Source of the DNA: Polyangiaceae bacterium
GTDB taxonomy: Bacteria > Myxococcota_A > Polyangia > Polyangiales > Polyangiaceae
Length of the DNA stretch: 64,000 nt
Direction: 5' to 3'
Assembly: GCA_044376115.1 (NCBI GenBank)
Contig: JBILLK010000025.1
Coordinates: 98,535 to 162,534, forward strand
The translations under genes were made by a program, and so were the position numbers. The notes beneath the pieces were generated by a model, which saw nothing but the letters and a program-made list of their open reading frames with translations, was not told the DNA's origin and searched no databases. Of this stretch, positions 38,144 through 48,703 are shown piece after piece (the first letter of the stretch is position 1; each line of letters starts with the position of its first letter).

Positions 38144-38815
38144 TCATTCCATATCGCGCCAGGCCGGCTCGATAGCGACTCCGAGCTCCTCGAGACCATC
38201 CATCAATTCGTGCAGCTGGTCCGGCAGATACGGGGTCGAAAAAGGGTCCCAGGGGCCGTGCTCGAAGCGACGCGAGAGCACCTCACGCGCGAACGGCACG
38301 CCAGCTTGACCCGCCTTGACCAAGAGCTTCTTGAGGTGCCCCGCTTCGTAGTCCCAGCCGGCTCTGTCCGAGAGCGTGTAAGCCTCCGAGGCGAGCTCCA
38401 ACGCACCTTGAAAGCGCTCGTCCGGGGGGAGCCCAACCAGCGCGGCTTCAACGGCTTCGGGCCAGGGCGTGTCCGCCATCAGCGACTCGAGGTACCGAAA
38501 CCGTGCTACTCCGGCGGTGGGATGCTGCCTCTCAAGCGGGCCTGGGGGCAGCGAACCCACGAAGCGACAAAGCTCCCGAGCACGCTGAGGCAACCCCCAG
38601 CCGAGAATCGCTGCGAAGTGGGGGTCTGAAGCGAAGGCTCGCACCACTCCTTGCTGAGTCGCCGTTAGCTCGCTGAACTCGGCAACGGTGTCGCGCTCGG
38701 GCCAACGTTCCTTGAAGCCCGCCCGTTCAAACGCTGCTTCGATGCCATCCATGCGAGCGTCTTTCGTCTTCTCGCGCATGGCGTTCTCAGCCTGCTCCAC
38801 GATCTCGTCTTTCAC
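38144..38815 (-). CDS. hypothetical protein
   Basis: Open frame; GTG at 38815 with AGGAG 5 nt upstream. Confidence 0.55.
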   Translation of the reverse strand: MKDEIVEQAENAMREKTKDARMDGIEAAFERAGFKERWPERDTVAEFSELTATQQGVVRAFASDPHFAAILGWGLPQRARELCRFVGSLPPGPLERQHPTAGVARFRYLESLMADTPWPEAVEAALVGLPPDERFQGALELASEAYTLSDRAGWDYEAGHLKKLLVKAGQAGVPFAREVLSRRFEHGPWDPFSTPYLPDQLHELMDGLEELGVAIEPAWRDME

Positions 38816-38907
38816 CGCCACTCCTCTCAGCGTCCAGCGCGTGCCATCGTCCGCTGGCGAGCGTACTCGGCAGACTCCGCGACTTCGAGGTGCTACCGAC
38901 CGTTCGC

Positions 38908-39342
38908 TCAAGGCGCTACGAACTCTCCGCACCCTTGAACCAAGGTTGTTCGGCAACCCGAGGCGTCACAATCAGCGTTGGTAAAGATCTGCACGCCGTA
39001 GGTGACGCCGCTGGCCAAGGCTTGGGCGCTCCCGCCGCCGGGGGACTCACCGTAGGTCAGCGGCGAAACCAGGTCAGCGGGGCCGGTCGGATACTCCGCG
39101 GCTTCCCAGATCACTTCTGCGACGCCGTAGTCGGGTATGCCATCCACACAGCCGTTGCATTCTTGGTCGCATCTGCTGACCGTGAGGCCGTGCGCGTTGC
39201 CGCTTGCCCAGGAAAAGACCACGTTGCCATCGTTCGTTGCGGTCTCAACCTCGACGATCTCAAGTTCGTCCTGTTCGCAAGCCGCAGACGAGAGCAGGAG
39301 TATAGCGGCGGCTAAGCGAGCGACGCGTGAGGGTCGGTTCAT
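38908..39342 (-). CDS. hypothetical lipoprotein
   Basis: LSSAAC lipobox; paired cysteines. Confidence 0.7.
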   Translation of the reverse strand: MNRPSRVARLAAAILLLSSAACEQDELEIVEVETATNDGNVVFSWASGNAHGLTVSRCDQECNGCVDGIPDYGVAEVIWEAAEYPTGPADLVSPLTYGESPGGGSAQALASGVTYGVQIFTNADCDASGCRTTLVQGCGEFVAP

Positions 39343-39455
39343 GGCGCCCCAATAGCAAGACCTGCTCCACCACCCTGACGAAGATTGGACGGCCGGTCAG
39401 TGTCGGAGCACACACCTGGTTTTGCGCGAGCCAGAGAAGCTGTTAAGCCATTCGC

Positions 39456-41342
39456 GTGACTGCGGATCCCCAAGCGTGCGAGCCGATGCTTGAGAGCGCG
39501 TATGCGCAATTGGGAAGCGCTGACACGATCAAGCCCGACCCGGACCGCACGGTCGTGCGCGCGCATCCGCCGGATGAGTTTTCCTTGCAGTTGTCCCGAC
39601 TGCCCATTTTGCAGGTCGGGAGCAGTGAGGTCGCAGGCTCGAAGGCGGACTTAACGCTGACGGCCGAACTCGGTGCTGGTGGCATGGGGGTGGTGTACTG
39701 CGCCACGCAGCACTCACTCGCGCGCGAAGTGGCCGTAAAAAGTGTTCGCGCGCCCGAGGCGTCGCAGTCTGCGCTGCAGGCCCTCCTGCGCGAAGCGCGG
39801 CTGATGGGGTCGCTCGAGCACCCAGGGGTGATTCCGGTTCACGCTCTCGCGCTCGACCCACAAGGGCATCCACTCCTGGTGATGAAGCGCATCGAGGGCA
39901 CCAGTTGGCAAGGGCTGCTCGAGGCGGAGCAGCACCCGCTTTGGGCCTCGATTGCGGCGCCAGACGCGAGTTCGCTCGATCGCAATCTGGCGATCTTGAT
40001 GCAGGTGGCCAACACGCTCTCGTTCGCTCACAGCCGCGGAATCGTCCACCGGGACATCAAGCCCGCCAACGTCCTGATTGGCCCGTTCGGTGAGGTTTAC
40101 GTGGCCGACTGGGGCATCGCAGCGCGCCTCACCGAGGTGGCTCACGGCACGGCCGAGCGCGTGGGAACGCCTTCGTTCATGGCGCCGGAGATGGTCGTCG
40201 GTGGAGCCGTAGACGAACGAACCGACGTCTACTTGTTGGGTGCAACGTTGCACTTCGTCCTCACCCGGTCTGCGCGTCATACCGGCGATTCGTTGCGTGA
40301 CGTGGTGATGGCGGCGGCTCGGTCGAGCCAAACGGCGTACGACGACTCGGTTCCTGAGCTGCTCGGGCGGCTGGCGAATCAAGCGACGGCCTGGGACCCG
40401 GGCGAGCGCCCTGCCTCGGCCCGGGAGTTCCGCGATCGTTTGGCCGACTACCTCAAGCATCGTTCATCGATTGGGCTCGCTGATCGAGCGCGACTGCGGC
40501 TGAACGGTGCTGCTGCGGCTCCAGCGCTGCAGCGCCGCAAACTCTTGCTCGAGGCGCGGCTCGGGTTTCAGGAGGCCCTTCGCGAGTGGCCGCTCAACCT
40601 CCCTGCGAAGCGAGGGCTCTCGGAGACGTTGGCCTTGGAGGTCGAGTTCGAGGTCGAGCAGCGGGCGCTGGCCTCGGCGCAGGCGGTGCTCTCGGAGCTC
40701 GAGGAGCCACCCAACGAGCTCGTGGAGCGGGTCGCAGCGTTGGCTGCCACGCTGGCTGCCGAAGCCGAGGAGCGAGAAGCTGCCAAGCTCAGGGTGCGCG
40801 AGCTCGACCCTTCTGTGGCACGCCGCAATCGCACCTTGTTCGTTGGCGTGGTCGCAGGGCTGGCCACGCTGGTGGTCTTTTTCATGCGCGGCTCGCGACG
40901 CAACGAGGTGCCGCACGCTGAGCCGCACACCATCGTGCTGCCGCTCTTGCTCGCGTTGGGGCTCGCCCCGGTCGTGCTCGTACTGCGCAAAGACCTGTGG
41001 CGAAGCGCGGTCAATCGCCGCATGTTGCTAATCGTTGGCGCAATCATCGTCAGCGCCACGGTGCTGCGTGGGCTCGCCTACCTTGCGAAGACCAACATCA
41101 ATCAAATGCTGATGTTCGAGCTGGTGTCGATGGGCACGGCCGCCGCCGTGCTCGCCATCACGCTTCACCGAGCCTTTCTTTGGGTGGCGCTCTGCTCGGC
41201 GGTATGTGCCTTGCTCGCGCAGCAGCTGCCCGATTGGTTGGAGCTTTTCTACGTGCTGCCGCTGGTCTGCCTGGCCCTCGTCAACGGCCTCCTGCGCAAC
41301 GCGGCTCAGGCCTCCGCCGAAGCGTCTCGCCCGCACAGCTGA
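39456..41342 (+). CDS. Hanks-type Ser/Thr protein kinase with C-terminal multi-TM domain
   Basis: GAGGMGVV, VAVK, HRDIKPAN, DWG, GTPSFMAPE, DVY.LG; about six TM helices. Confidence 0.95.
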   Translation: MTADPQACEPMLESAYAQLGSADTIKPDPDRTVVRAHPPDEFSLQLSRLPILQVGSSEVAGSKADLTLTAELGAGGMGVVYCATQHSLAREVAVKSVRAPEASQSALQALLREARLMGSLEHPGVIPVHALALDPQGHPLLVMKRIEGTSWQGLLEAEQHPLWASIAAPDASSLDRNLAILMQVANTLSFAHSRGIVHRDIKPANVLIGPFGEVYVADWGIAARLTEVAHGTAERVGTPSFMAPEMVVGGAVDERTDVYLLGATLHFVLTRSARHTGDSLRDVVMAAARSSQTAYDDSVPELLGRLANQATAWDPGERPASAREFRDRLADYLKHRSSIGLADRARLRLNGAAAAPALQRRKLLLEARLGFQEALREWPLNLPAKRGLSETLALEVEFEVEQRALASAQAVLSELEEPPNELVERVAALAATLAAEAEEREAAKLRVRELDPSVARRNRTLFVGVVAGLATLVVFFMRGSRRNEVPHAEPHTIVLPLLLALGLAPVVLVLRKDLWRSAVNRRMLLIVGAIIVSATVLRGLAYLAKTNINQMLMFELVSMGTAAAVLAITLHRAFLWVALCSAVCALLAQQLPDWLELFYVLPLVCLALVNGLLRNAAQASAEASRPHS

Positions 41343-41386
41343 ACCAGCACCGAGCGCGCGCGTTCGAGAGGCGGTATAAGGCTGCC

Positions 41387-42694
41387 ATGCTGGATCTCTT
41401 GCTGCGCAACGCTCGGGCCGAGAATCGTTCGCTTTCGCTCTTGCGCTCGCTTTGCGACGACGTCGGGCCCCGTTTCCCTTGCACCGCTGGCGACGTCGCT
41501 GCGGTGGCGTGGGCGAAAGAGGCCATGCGCGAGGCGGGCCTCAGCAACGTCCGCGCCGAAAAGGCGCCGGCGACGCTTTGGGAGCGCGGCGTGGAGTCCT
41601 GCATGCTGCGGCTGCCGCGTCTGCAACCCACCGTGCTCTCGGCCTTGGGCGGTAGCATCGGGACGCCGGAGCAAGGGCTGGAAGCGCCGGTGGTGATGTT
41701 CACGTCACTCGCCGAGCTCGACGCAGCGCCGGCCGAGTTGGTGAATGGTCGCATCGTTTATCTGCATCACGTGATGCCCCGGCTGCGCGATGGCACCGGC
41801 TACAACGGCGGCTCGGTGGTGCGTATGAGCGGCCCTTCGCGCGCTGCAAAGAAGGGCGCGATCGCCTGTTTGGTGCGTTCGATCGGCACCGATTCGATGC
41901 GTGCGCCTCATACGGGAGCGCTATTCTATGAGCCGGATTCACCGATGATCCCCGCCGCGGCGCTTTCCACGCCGGATGGCGATCTGCTCGCTCGCGCGCT
42001 CCTCGCCGGCAAGGAAGTTGTCAGCACGCTCAAGCTCGGTTGCAAGCCGCTGCCGGTCGGGGAATCGGCCAACGTGATCGGCGAGCTCGTAGGCAGCGAG
42101 CGACCCGAAGAAGTGGTGCTGATCGGCGCCCACCTCGACTCGTGGGATCTCGGCACCGGCGCGCTCGACGATGGTGCTGGCTGCGCTATCGCCATCCAGG
42201 TTGGGCGGCTGCTCGCGGCCTTGCCGCAGCGTCCGCGGCGCACCGTACGCATCGCCTTGTTCGCCAACGAGGAGCTCGGGACCGGCGGAGGTCTCGCGTA
42301 TGCCAGCGCCTACGCCAAAGACGCGGCCAACCACATCGCGGCCTTCGAGGCCGATCAGGGAGATGGCGCGCCTTGGGCGCTGCGGTTGCCTGCAGGCAAC
42401 CGCGAGAGCCCGCTGGGAGTTCGCCTCTATCAGGCGCTAGCGCCGCTCGGCCTCGAACTCGATGCGGGGACGTCGCGCGGCGGCGTGGATATCGCGCCGC
42501 TGCGCCAATTGGGCGTGCCGTTCGTCGATTTGCGACAAGACGCCACCCGCTACTTCGACTTCCACCACACGGCGAACGACCTGTTCGAGAACGTCTCGCC
42601 CGAAGACCTCGCTCGGGTGACCGAGGCCTTCGCACTGACCGCGCATGTGATCGCCAACGCCGAGGAGCGCTTCGTTCCGGCTACTCCGTCGTGA
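41387..42694 (+). CDS. M28 family metallopeptidase (carboxypeptidase Q-like)
   Basis: D.VGPR..., GAHLDSWD.GTGA.DDGAG, ANEE, FDFHHT.ND. Confidence 0.92.
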   Translation: MLDLLLRNARAENRSLSLLRSLCDDVGPRFPCTAGDVAAVAWAKEAMREAGLSNVRAEKAPATLWERGVESCMLRLPRLQPTVLSALGGSIGTPEQGLEAPVVMFTSLAELDAAPAELVNGRIVYLHHVMPRLRDGTGYNGGSVVRMSGPSRAAKKGAIACLVRSIGTDSMRAPHTGALFYEPDSPMIPAAALSTPDGDLLARALLAGKEVVSTLKLGCKPLPVGESANVIGELVGSERPEEVVLIGAHLDSWDLGTGALDDGAGCAIAIQVGRLLAALPQRPRRTVRIALFANEELGTGGGLAYASAYAKDAANHIAAFEADQGDGAPWALRLPAGNRESPLGVRLYQALAPLGLELDAGTSRGGVDIAPLRQLGVPFVDLRQDATRYFDFHHTANDLFENVSPEDLARVTEAFALTAHVIANAEERFVPATPS

Positions 42695-44291
42695 GCAACG
42701 CGTCGTAGGCTGGCAGCGTCAGGAACTCGACGAAGGCGTCTTCCAGCGAGAGCCGCGCAAATAGCGCAGCGGCCTCGGGGAATTTGCCGTTCGTGAAGCG
42801 CGCTTCGCCGACCTCGGTCTTCACGCGCTCGAGCTCTTCCGCCAAGGTGCGCTCGAAGCGTTCACGGGTGACCGCCGCGCCGTCCTCCGTAGTGGCCCCG
42901 AGGTGGAGCCACTGCCACACCTGCGCTCGTGAGATCTCGGCGGTGGCTGCGTCCTCCATCAGGTTGTAGATCGGTACGCAGCCGACGCCGCGCAGCCACG
43001 ACTCGACGTACTGCACGCCGACCCGCAAGTTGTGGCGAAAGCCTGCATCGGTGCGGCTGCCTTGATGCACCTCGAGCAGCGCCTCCCGCGTCACCGGATC
43101 GCTAGAGCCGGGCTTGTCGAGCTGGTTCTTGCTCGTCATGTGCGCGTTGAAGATCTCCATCGCGATCGGCACCAGGCCCGGGTGCGCGACCCAGGTTCCA
43201 TCGTGGCCGTTGGTGACTTCACGCAGCTTGTCGCGGCGCACATTTTCGAGGGCCTTGTTGTTAGCCTCCGGGTCATTCTTGATCGGGATTTGCGCGGCCA
43301 TACCGCCCATGGCGTGGGCGCCACGCTTGTGGCAGGTCTGGATCAAGAGCCGGCTGTAGGCCGCTAGGAACGCCTTGTCCATCGTCACCTGCGACCGATC
43401 CGGCAGCAGCATCTTCGGATCCAGGCCAGCCTTCTTGATGAAGCTGAAGATGTAATCCCAGCGTCCACAATTGAGGCCCGCCGAGTGCTCACGCAGCTCG
43501 AACAAGATCTCATCCATCTCGAAGGCCGCCGGCAGGGTCTCGATCAAGACGGTGGCTTTGACCGTCCCGAGCGGCAGCCCGAGCGCCTTCTGCGCTGCGA
43601 CGAACACGTCGTTCCAGAGGCGCGCCTCGAGGTGGCTCTCGAGCTTGGGCAAATAGAAGTAGGGCGCCGTTCCGCGCGCCAGCTGCTCCTTGGCGTTATG
43701 GAAGAAGAACAGCCCAAAGTCGAACAGCGAGCCGGGCACCGAGTCCCCGTCGACGAAGCAGTGCTTCTCCTCGAGATGCAATCCGCGCGGGCGTACGAAG
43801 AGCACTGCTGGATTGGCGCCGAGCTCGTACTTCTTGCCGCCACCCTCGAAGGTGATGCTGCGTCGCACAGCGTCTTTGAGGTTGAGTTGACCTTCGATCT
43901 GGTTGTTCCAGGTCGGCGCCGACGAATCCTCGAAGTCGGCCATGAACACCCGCGCGCCCGAGTTGAGCGCGTTGATCACCATCTTGCGATCCGGCGGGCC
44001 GGTGATCTCGACGCGACGGTCTTCGATGTCGGCCGGCACCTTGGCCACACGCCAATCGCCCTCGCGCACCGACTTGGTGCTCTCGAGAAAGTCGAACCGC
44101 TCCTCGCCGGCGAGCAAGCGAGCCGCGCGCGCGGCACGAGCTTGCAGCAGCTCACGCAGCCTCGGGCGGAAGTTGCGGGCCAGATCGGCGACGAAGGCGA
44201 GGGCCTCGCTGCTGAGGATTTCGGCGAAGCGAGGGTCTTGAGTGGCAGCGTGGGTGCGCAGTTCCAGCCCAGTGGGAAGCTCAGCGTTCAT
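42681..44291 (-). CDS. aceB: malate synthase A
   Basis: DRRVEITGP, MADFEDS, VRPRG.HL.E, YLPKLES, GLNCGRWDYIFS, GHDGTWVAHP, LMEDAATAEISR. Confidence 0.97.
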   Translation of the reverse strand: MNAELPTGLELRTHAATQDPRFAEILSSEALAFVADLARNFRPRLRELLQARAARAARLLAGEERFDFLESTKSVREGDWRVAKVPADIEDRRVEITGPPDRKMVINALNSGARVFMADFEDSSAPTWNNQIEGQLNLKDAVRRSITFEGGGKKYELGANPAVLFVRPRGLHLEEKHCFVDGDSVPGSLFDFGLFFFHNAKEQLARGTAPYFYLPKLESHLEARLWNDVFVAAQKALGLPLGTVKATVLIETLPAAFEMDEILFELREHSAGLNCGRWDYIFSFIKKAGLDPKMLLPDRSQVTMDKAFLAAYSRLLIQTCHKRGAHAMGGMAAQIPIKNDPEANNKALENVRRDKLREVTNGHDGTWVAHPGLVPIAMEIFNAHMTSKNQLDKPGSSDPVTREALLEVHQGSRTDAGFRHNLRVGVQYVESWLRGVGCVPIYNLMEDAATAEISRAQVWQWLHLGATTEDGAAVTRERFERTLAEELERVKTEVGEARFTNGKFPEAAALFARLSLEDAFVEFLTLPAYDALLTTE

Positions 44292-44338
44292 GGCTGCAAT
44301 GTTCCACGCCCGCGGGAACATGCCAACGTTCCTTTGCG

Positions 44339-44782
44339 TCAGCGGCAGGTCTCGAGACAACTCCAACGAGCGTCGCGACACTCGCAACGTCGAATGCACT
44401 CGTCGTGCGAAGCCGAGCAGGACTCGCCTTCGGTTGTGCAGCTCGCCGCTTCGGTACAGAAACTGCTCTCTGGGTCATTCGTCGAGGGTGCCACCAAAGG
44501 AAGCAGTGCTGGTTCCGCGGTCTGTGGGCCGCTGTTCGCCGACGCGGAGGCGCGAGGCGTTAAGGTGGGCTCCGGGTCCGGCTCACAGTAGCCGCTGCTG
44601 CGATTGCAACGCGTACCGTATTCGCAAACGCCCCAGCAATCTCCCGTCGCTGCGCGATTGACGGCCACCATGCCGACCTGAACGGCGGCGGCCCCGAGTG
44701 CCTCGGTCTCTCGGCCGCCACAGCTGCTGGCCAGCATCAGCAGCGCCATTCCGAGGCTCGCCGTGCATACCTTCTCATTCAT
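44339..44782 (-). CDS. small Cys-rich lipoprotein
   Basis: LASSC lipobox; NRA.TGDCWGVC..GTRCN..SGYCE. Confidence 0.65.
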   Translation of the reverse strand: MNEKVCTASLGMALLMLASSCGGRETEALGAAAVQVGMVAVNRAATGDCWGVCEYGTRCNRSSGYCEPDPEPTLTPRASASANSGPQTAEPALLPLVAPSTNDPESSFCTEAASCTTEGESCSASHDECIRRCECRDARWSCLETCR

Positions 44783-44792
44783 CAAGCGCCTC

Positions 44793-46436
44793 TCACGAGT
44801 TTGGCCGCAGGCTCGGCGCCTTCTTGGCGCGTTTGCTCTCGCCGAAGCTGAGGTGGTCATCGCCTTGTTTTGCCAGGTAGGCGTCGTAACCGCCGTTGAA
44901 TTCGTTCAGGCCGCCGACCCGAATCTCAACGATGCGAGTAGCGAGCTTTTCGACGAACCAGCGATCGTGCGAAACGAAGATCAGCGTGCCTTCGTACTTC
45001 TCGAGCGCGCCGACCAGAGCCTCGATCGACTCGAGATCGAGATGGTTGGTCGGTTCGTCGAGCAACAGCACGTTGGGCTTTTGCACCATCAGCTGGCTGA
45101 AGATCAGCCGCGCCGCTTCACCGCCGGAGAGATGCCCTACTTGCTTGTCTACCTCCTCCCGCGAGAAGAGCATGCGACCCAGCACGCCGCGCACGTGATT
45201 GGTGGTCTCTTCCGGGACGAAGTCCCACAAAAAATCCAGCGTCGATTGGGTTGGGTGCTTCATCAATTCCCGGTGATCCTGGGCGAAGTAACCAGCGCGG
45301 GTCTCATGGCCCCAGGCTGCGCTGCCGCGATCGGCTTGCAGATGCCCGGCGCAGATCTTGAGCATGGTGGACTTGCCGAGTCCGTTAGCGCCGATGATGG
45401 CCACGCGTTCGGCTCGGCGTACGGTGAAGCTCACGTTCTCCAGGACCTTCTTTTCGCCGAAGGCTTTGCATAGGTCTTTGACCTCAAGCACGTCTTTTCC
45501 GCTCTGGCGCGACATCAAGAAGTTGAAGCCCGGGTAGCGTCGAGAGGAGGGTTGCAGCCGCTCGATCTCCACGCGCTCGAGCTGTTTGAGACGACTGTTG
45601 GCCTGCCGCGCCTTGGTGGCCTTGGCTTTAAAACGTTCGAGCGACGCTTTCTTTTCTGCGATGGCGCGCTCCACGCGTTCGACCTCGGCCTCTTTGCGGT
45701 CTCGTGTCTCGTCTTTGAGCGACAGGAAGTCGTCGTAGTTACCGCGATAGGGGATGACGGTGCCGTAGTCGACGTCGAGGATGTGGGTCGCGACCTCGTT
45801 GAGGAAGCGGTGGTCATGGCTGACGATCACCGCGCAGCCGCGAAACGCGAGCAAGAAGCGCTCGAGCCAACGAATGCTGACGATGTCGAGGTGGTTGGTG
45901 GGCTCGTCGAGGAAGAGCGCATCGGGCCGCCCGACGAGGGCCTGCGCCAAGAGCACCCGCAGCTTGTAGCCGCCGGAGAGCGAGCCCAACGGCTGCTTTA
46001 GGGAGGCCTCCTGAATGCCCAGCCCAACCAAGACTTGCGCCGCCCGCGACTCCAGCCCGTAGCCGTCATGCGCGTGGAGGATTTCGTCAAGTTCGCCCAA
46101 ACGGTCTGCGTCCGGATCCTCCGAACAGAACAGACGCTCTTGTTCTTCGAGGGCGCTCCACACCGTCTCGTCGCCCATCATCGCGACGTCGATCACGCTC
46201 TTGTCGTCATTCTGAAAGTGGTCCTGGCGCAGCATGCCGACGCGCGCGGCCTTCGGCAGGCTCACTTCACCCATCGAGCAGGTCTCTTCGCCCATTAGGA
46301 TCTTGAGAAAGGTGGACTTGCCCGAGCCGTTGGCGCCGACGACGCCGTAGCGACTGCCGGCTTGGAGCTGCAGCGTTACCTTCTCGAAGAGCACCTGCGG
46401 GCCGAAGTTCTTCCCGAGGTTCTGAATGCCGATCAT
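44793..46436 (-). CDS. ABC-F family ATP-binding protein (YbiT-like)
   Basis: Two ABC cassettes (GANGSGKST/LSGG/LDEPTNHLD; GANGLGKST/LSGGE/LDEPTNHLD), no TM segments. Confidence 0.95.
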   Translation of the reverse strand: MIGIQNLGKNFGPQVLFEKVTLQLQAGSRYGVVGANGSGKSTFLKILMGEETCSMGEVSLPKAARVGMLRQDHFQNDDKSVIDVAMMGDETVWSALEEQERLFCSEDPDADRLGELDEILHAHDGYGLESRAAQVLVGLGIQEASLKQPLGSLSGGYKLRVLLAQALVGRPDALFLDEPTNHLDIVSIRWLERFLLAFRGCAVIVSHDHRFLNEVATHILDVDYGTVIPYRGNYDDFLSLKDETRDRKEAEVERVERAIAEKKASLERFKAKATKARQANSRLKQLERVEIERLQPSSRRYPGFNFLMSRQSGKDVLEVKDLCKAFGEKKVLENVSFTVRRAERVAIIGANGLGKSTMLKICAGHLQADRGSAAWGHETRAGYFAQDHRELMKHPTQSTLDFLWDFVPEETTNHVRGVLGRMLFSREEVDKQVGHLSGGEAARLIFSQLMVQKPNVLLLDEPTNHLDLESIEALVGALEKYEGTLIFVSHDRWFVEKLATRIVEIRVGGLNEFNGGYDAYLAKQGDDHLSFGESKRAKKAPSLRPNS

Positions 46437-46479
46437 GCGGGGCGCATAACACTCCCCCGCGCGGGGAGCAGCGCCTTCC

Positions 46480-47325
46480 TCAGTCGGAGCGGCGCACGGC
46501 CTTGCGCTCGAGGGTCTCGCGAATGGTCGCCGGCGAGCTGAGCCAGCCGTGGTTCAGCGGGCCGTGGCCCTGTCCGAGACCGGGCGCCTGGGCGATCGCT
46601 ACAAGCACGTAGGCCCGCGCCAAACGCACGGCCTCCTGCACCGATTCGCCCTGCGCCAGCAGCGTAGCGATGGCGCTGGCCAAGGTGCAGCCGGTGCCAT
46701 GGGTGCTGCGCGTCACAAGGCGAGGGGAGCTCCAGGTATGGCTGCTTCCGTCGGCGGAAACGAGCACGTCATTCACGGTATCCCCCTCGAGATGGCCACC
46801 CTTGATCAGCGCGTGCTGTGCGCCCATTCGGCACAGCGCCTCTCCCGCGCGCAGCTGGTCCGCATGGTTTCGCACGGCAATGCCGGTGAGCGCCTCTGCC
46901 TCTGGGGCGTTGGGCGTGATCACGGTCGCCAGCGGACATAACTCGCGCAGCACGCTCGCTTGGGCCTCCGGCGCCAGCAAGGACGCACCGCCTTTGGCGA
47001 TCATCACCGGGTCGACCACGACCTTGGCCTTGCCGTGCAATCCGCGAATGGTCTGCGCGACGAGCGTGACGACCTCCACGCTATGCAACATGCCGGTCTT
47101 GATCGCATCGGTCCCGAGATCGCTCAGGACCACCTCGAGCTGTTGCTCCAAGAAGGCGATGGGAATCGGAAACACGCCGTGTACGCCCAGCGTGTTTTGC
47201 GCTGTCAACGCTGTGACCGCGGTCATACCGAAGCCGCCCAAGGCGGTGACCGTCTTGAGATCCGCTTGTAGGCCCGCCCCACCTCCAGAGTCCGAGCCGG
47301 CGATGATCAGCACGCGACCGCGCAT
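46480..47325 (-). CDS. thiD: hydroxymethylpyrimidine/phosphomethylpyrimidine kinase
   Basis: IAGSDSGGGAG.QADLKT, TAQNT.GV, DPVM, TPN.PEA, KGGH, THGTGCTLA. Confidence 0.96.
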   Translation of the reverse strand: MRGRVLIIAGSDSGGGAGLQADLKTVTALGGFGMTAVTALTAQNTLGVHGVFPIPIAFLEQQLEVVLSDLGTDAIKTGMLHSVEVVTLVAQTIRGLHGKAKVVVDPVMIAKGGASLLAPEAQASVLRELCPLATVITPNAPEAEALTGIAVRNHADQLRAGEALCRMGAQHALIKGGHLEGDTVNDVLVSADGSSHTWSSPRLVTRSTHGTGCTLASAIATLLAQGESVQEAVRLARAYVLVAIAQAPGLGQGHGPLNHGWLSSPATIRETLERKAVRRSD

Positions 47326-48680
47326 CAGCCGAACTCCGCGCTCACCCGCACCGGCACAGTCCGCTCGCACAGTAGCAACAGCGCGTGCACCGTCTTCCCA
47401 TACTCCTGCCGAAGCTCGTGCTGCTCGGTTGAAAGCACGCGCAGTCCCGCCTCGACACCCACCATCTTGAGATAGTTCAGCGTGTGGGCGTAGCGGCCTG
47501 CTCGGTTCAGCACGAAGCCGGCGTCGGTGTCTTCCCCAGGCTGCAATTCCACGGTTCCGATGAAACGCCCTCCCTTCCTTAGGGCGCGAGAAATGCTCGA
47601 GAACGTGGGATACAAGTCGCCGAAGTAGATCAATGTATCGGCTGCCACCAAGAGGTCGAAGGTGTCTGGGCGTTCGGCCAAGAAGGTCTCCAAATCACCT
47701 CGCACGAGCAGGTCGTAGAGCCTCGTGGCTTGGGCTTTGTCGAGCATGCGTTGGGACAGGTCGACACCAGTCAAATGTTGCGCCCAAGGCTTGAGGCGCG
47801 GACCACAGAGGCCCGTTCCACACCCGAGATCGCCGATGCAAAGCGCGCTCTCTCGTCCGGCGAACTCGCGCGCGACGACCTCCTCGATCAAGGCCGGCGC
47901 GCGATAGCCGAGCTTGGTCAACACCTGCTCGAAGGTGTCGGCGAACTCATCGTAGTAGCGCTCGAGATAGGTGCCGTCTGCGCGGGCCGGTACCGGCGCG
48001 CCGCCATGCGCCGCCATCATGTGCAAGGCCGTCGCGTCCTCCGGGTCGAACTCGAGCCACTGCGAGAGCACCGCTTTGGCTTGATCCGGATCGCGGTCGA
48101 CCGAGTCGTACCAAAGGAAGTAGGCCCGCGTGATCGACTCTTTGACCTGCTCTTGCTCCGCGATTCGTGCGAGAAGCAGCTTGCTCGTAGCGATCTCTCG
48201 CTCGAACTGTTTGGAGTGACGGAGGGTGCGGGTGAGCAATCGCAGCGCGTTCTCGTCGTCCGGGGTATGCCGCAGAATTTCCTCTAACTCGTGGGTGGCC
48301 TGCGTGTGCTCCCCGCGTTTCTCAAGCAGCACGGCGAGGTTCCCGCGCGCTTCGATCGCTTGTGGTACCAGCGCAAGCACCGCGCGAAACTCTGCTTCCG
48401 CCTCCGCGGCCTTGCCTTGCTCCATCAAGAAGATGCCGAGGTTGTGACGCATATCAACATCACGTGGCGCAAACACGCGCGCACGCTGCAATGTCTCGAT
48501 GGCTTCGGCAGGCCGCCCGCTCGTGTACTGAACCAAGCCCAAGAGGTGCAGCGCAGGAGGGAAGTTGTTGAGTTCCTCCAACACACTCCGGACCATTTGT
48601 TCGGCCTCGGGAAGGGCACCTGCGGAGAATTTTTCTGCTGCGAGGGCGAGCCGTTGCTCGACAGTTGGATTCGTTGTCAT
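47325..48680 (-). CDS. TPR-repeat SAM-dependent methyltransferase
   Basis: N-terminal TPRs; DLGCGTGLCG, GVDLS..ML, AADTLIYFGDL, GRYAH. Confidence 0.9.
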   Translation of the reverse strand: MTTNPTVEQRLALAAEKFSAGALPEAEQMVRSVLEELNNFPPALHLLGLVQYTSGRPAEAIETLQRARVFAPRDVDMRHNLGIFLMEQGKAAEAEAEFRAVLALVPQAIEARGNLAVLLEKRGEHTQATHELEEILRHTPDDENALRLLTRTLRHSKQFEREIATSKLLLARIAEQEQVKESITRAYFLWYDSVDRDPDQAKAVLSQWLEFDPEDATALHMMAAHGGAPVPARADGTYLERYYDEFADTFEQVLTKLGYRAPALIEEVVAREFAGRESALCIGDLGCGTGLCGPRLKPWAQHLTGVDLSQRMLDKAQATRLYDLLVRGDLETFLAERPDTFDLLVAADTLIYFGDLYPTFSSISRALRKGGRFIGTVELQPGEDTDAGFVLNRAGRYAHTLNYLKMVGVEAGLRVLSTEQHELRQEYGKTVHALLLLCERTVPVRVSAEFG

Positions 48681-48703
48681 CGCTACGGCGAAAGCCTAAC
48701 AGC

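Noticed and set aside
46441..46475. tRNA-like start GGGCGCATAACTC
   Set aside because: No D or T arms; only a short CTCCCC/GGGGAG hairpin in a 43-nt gap
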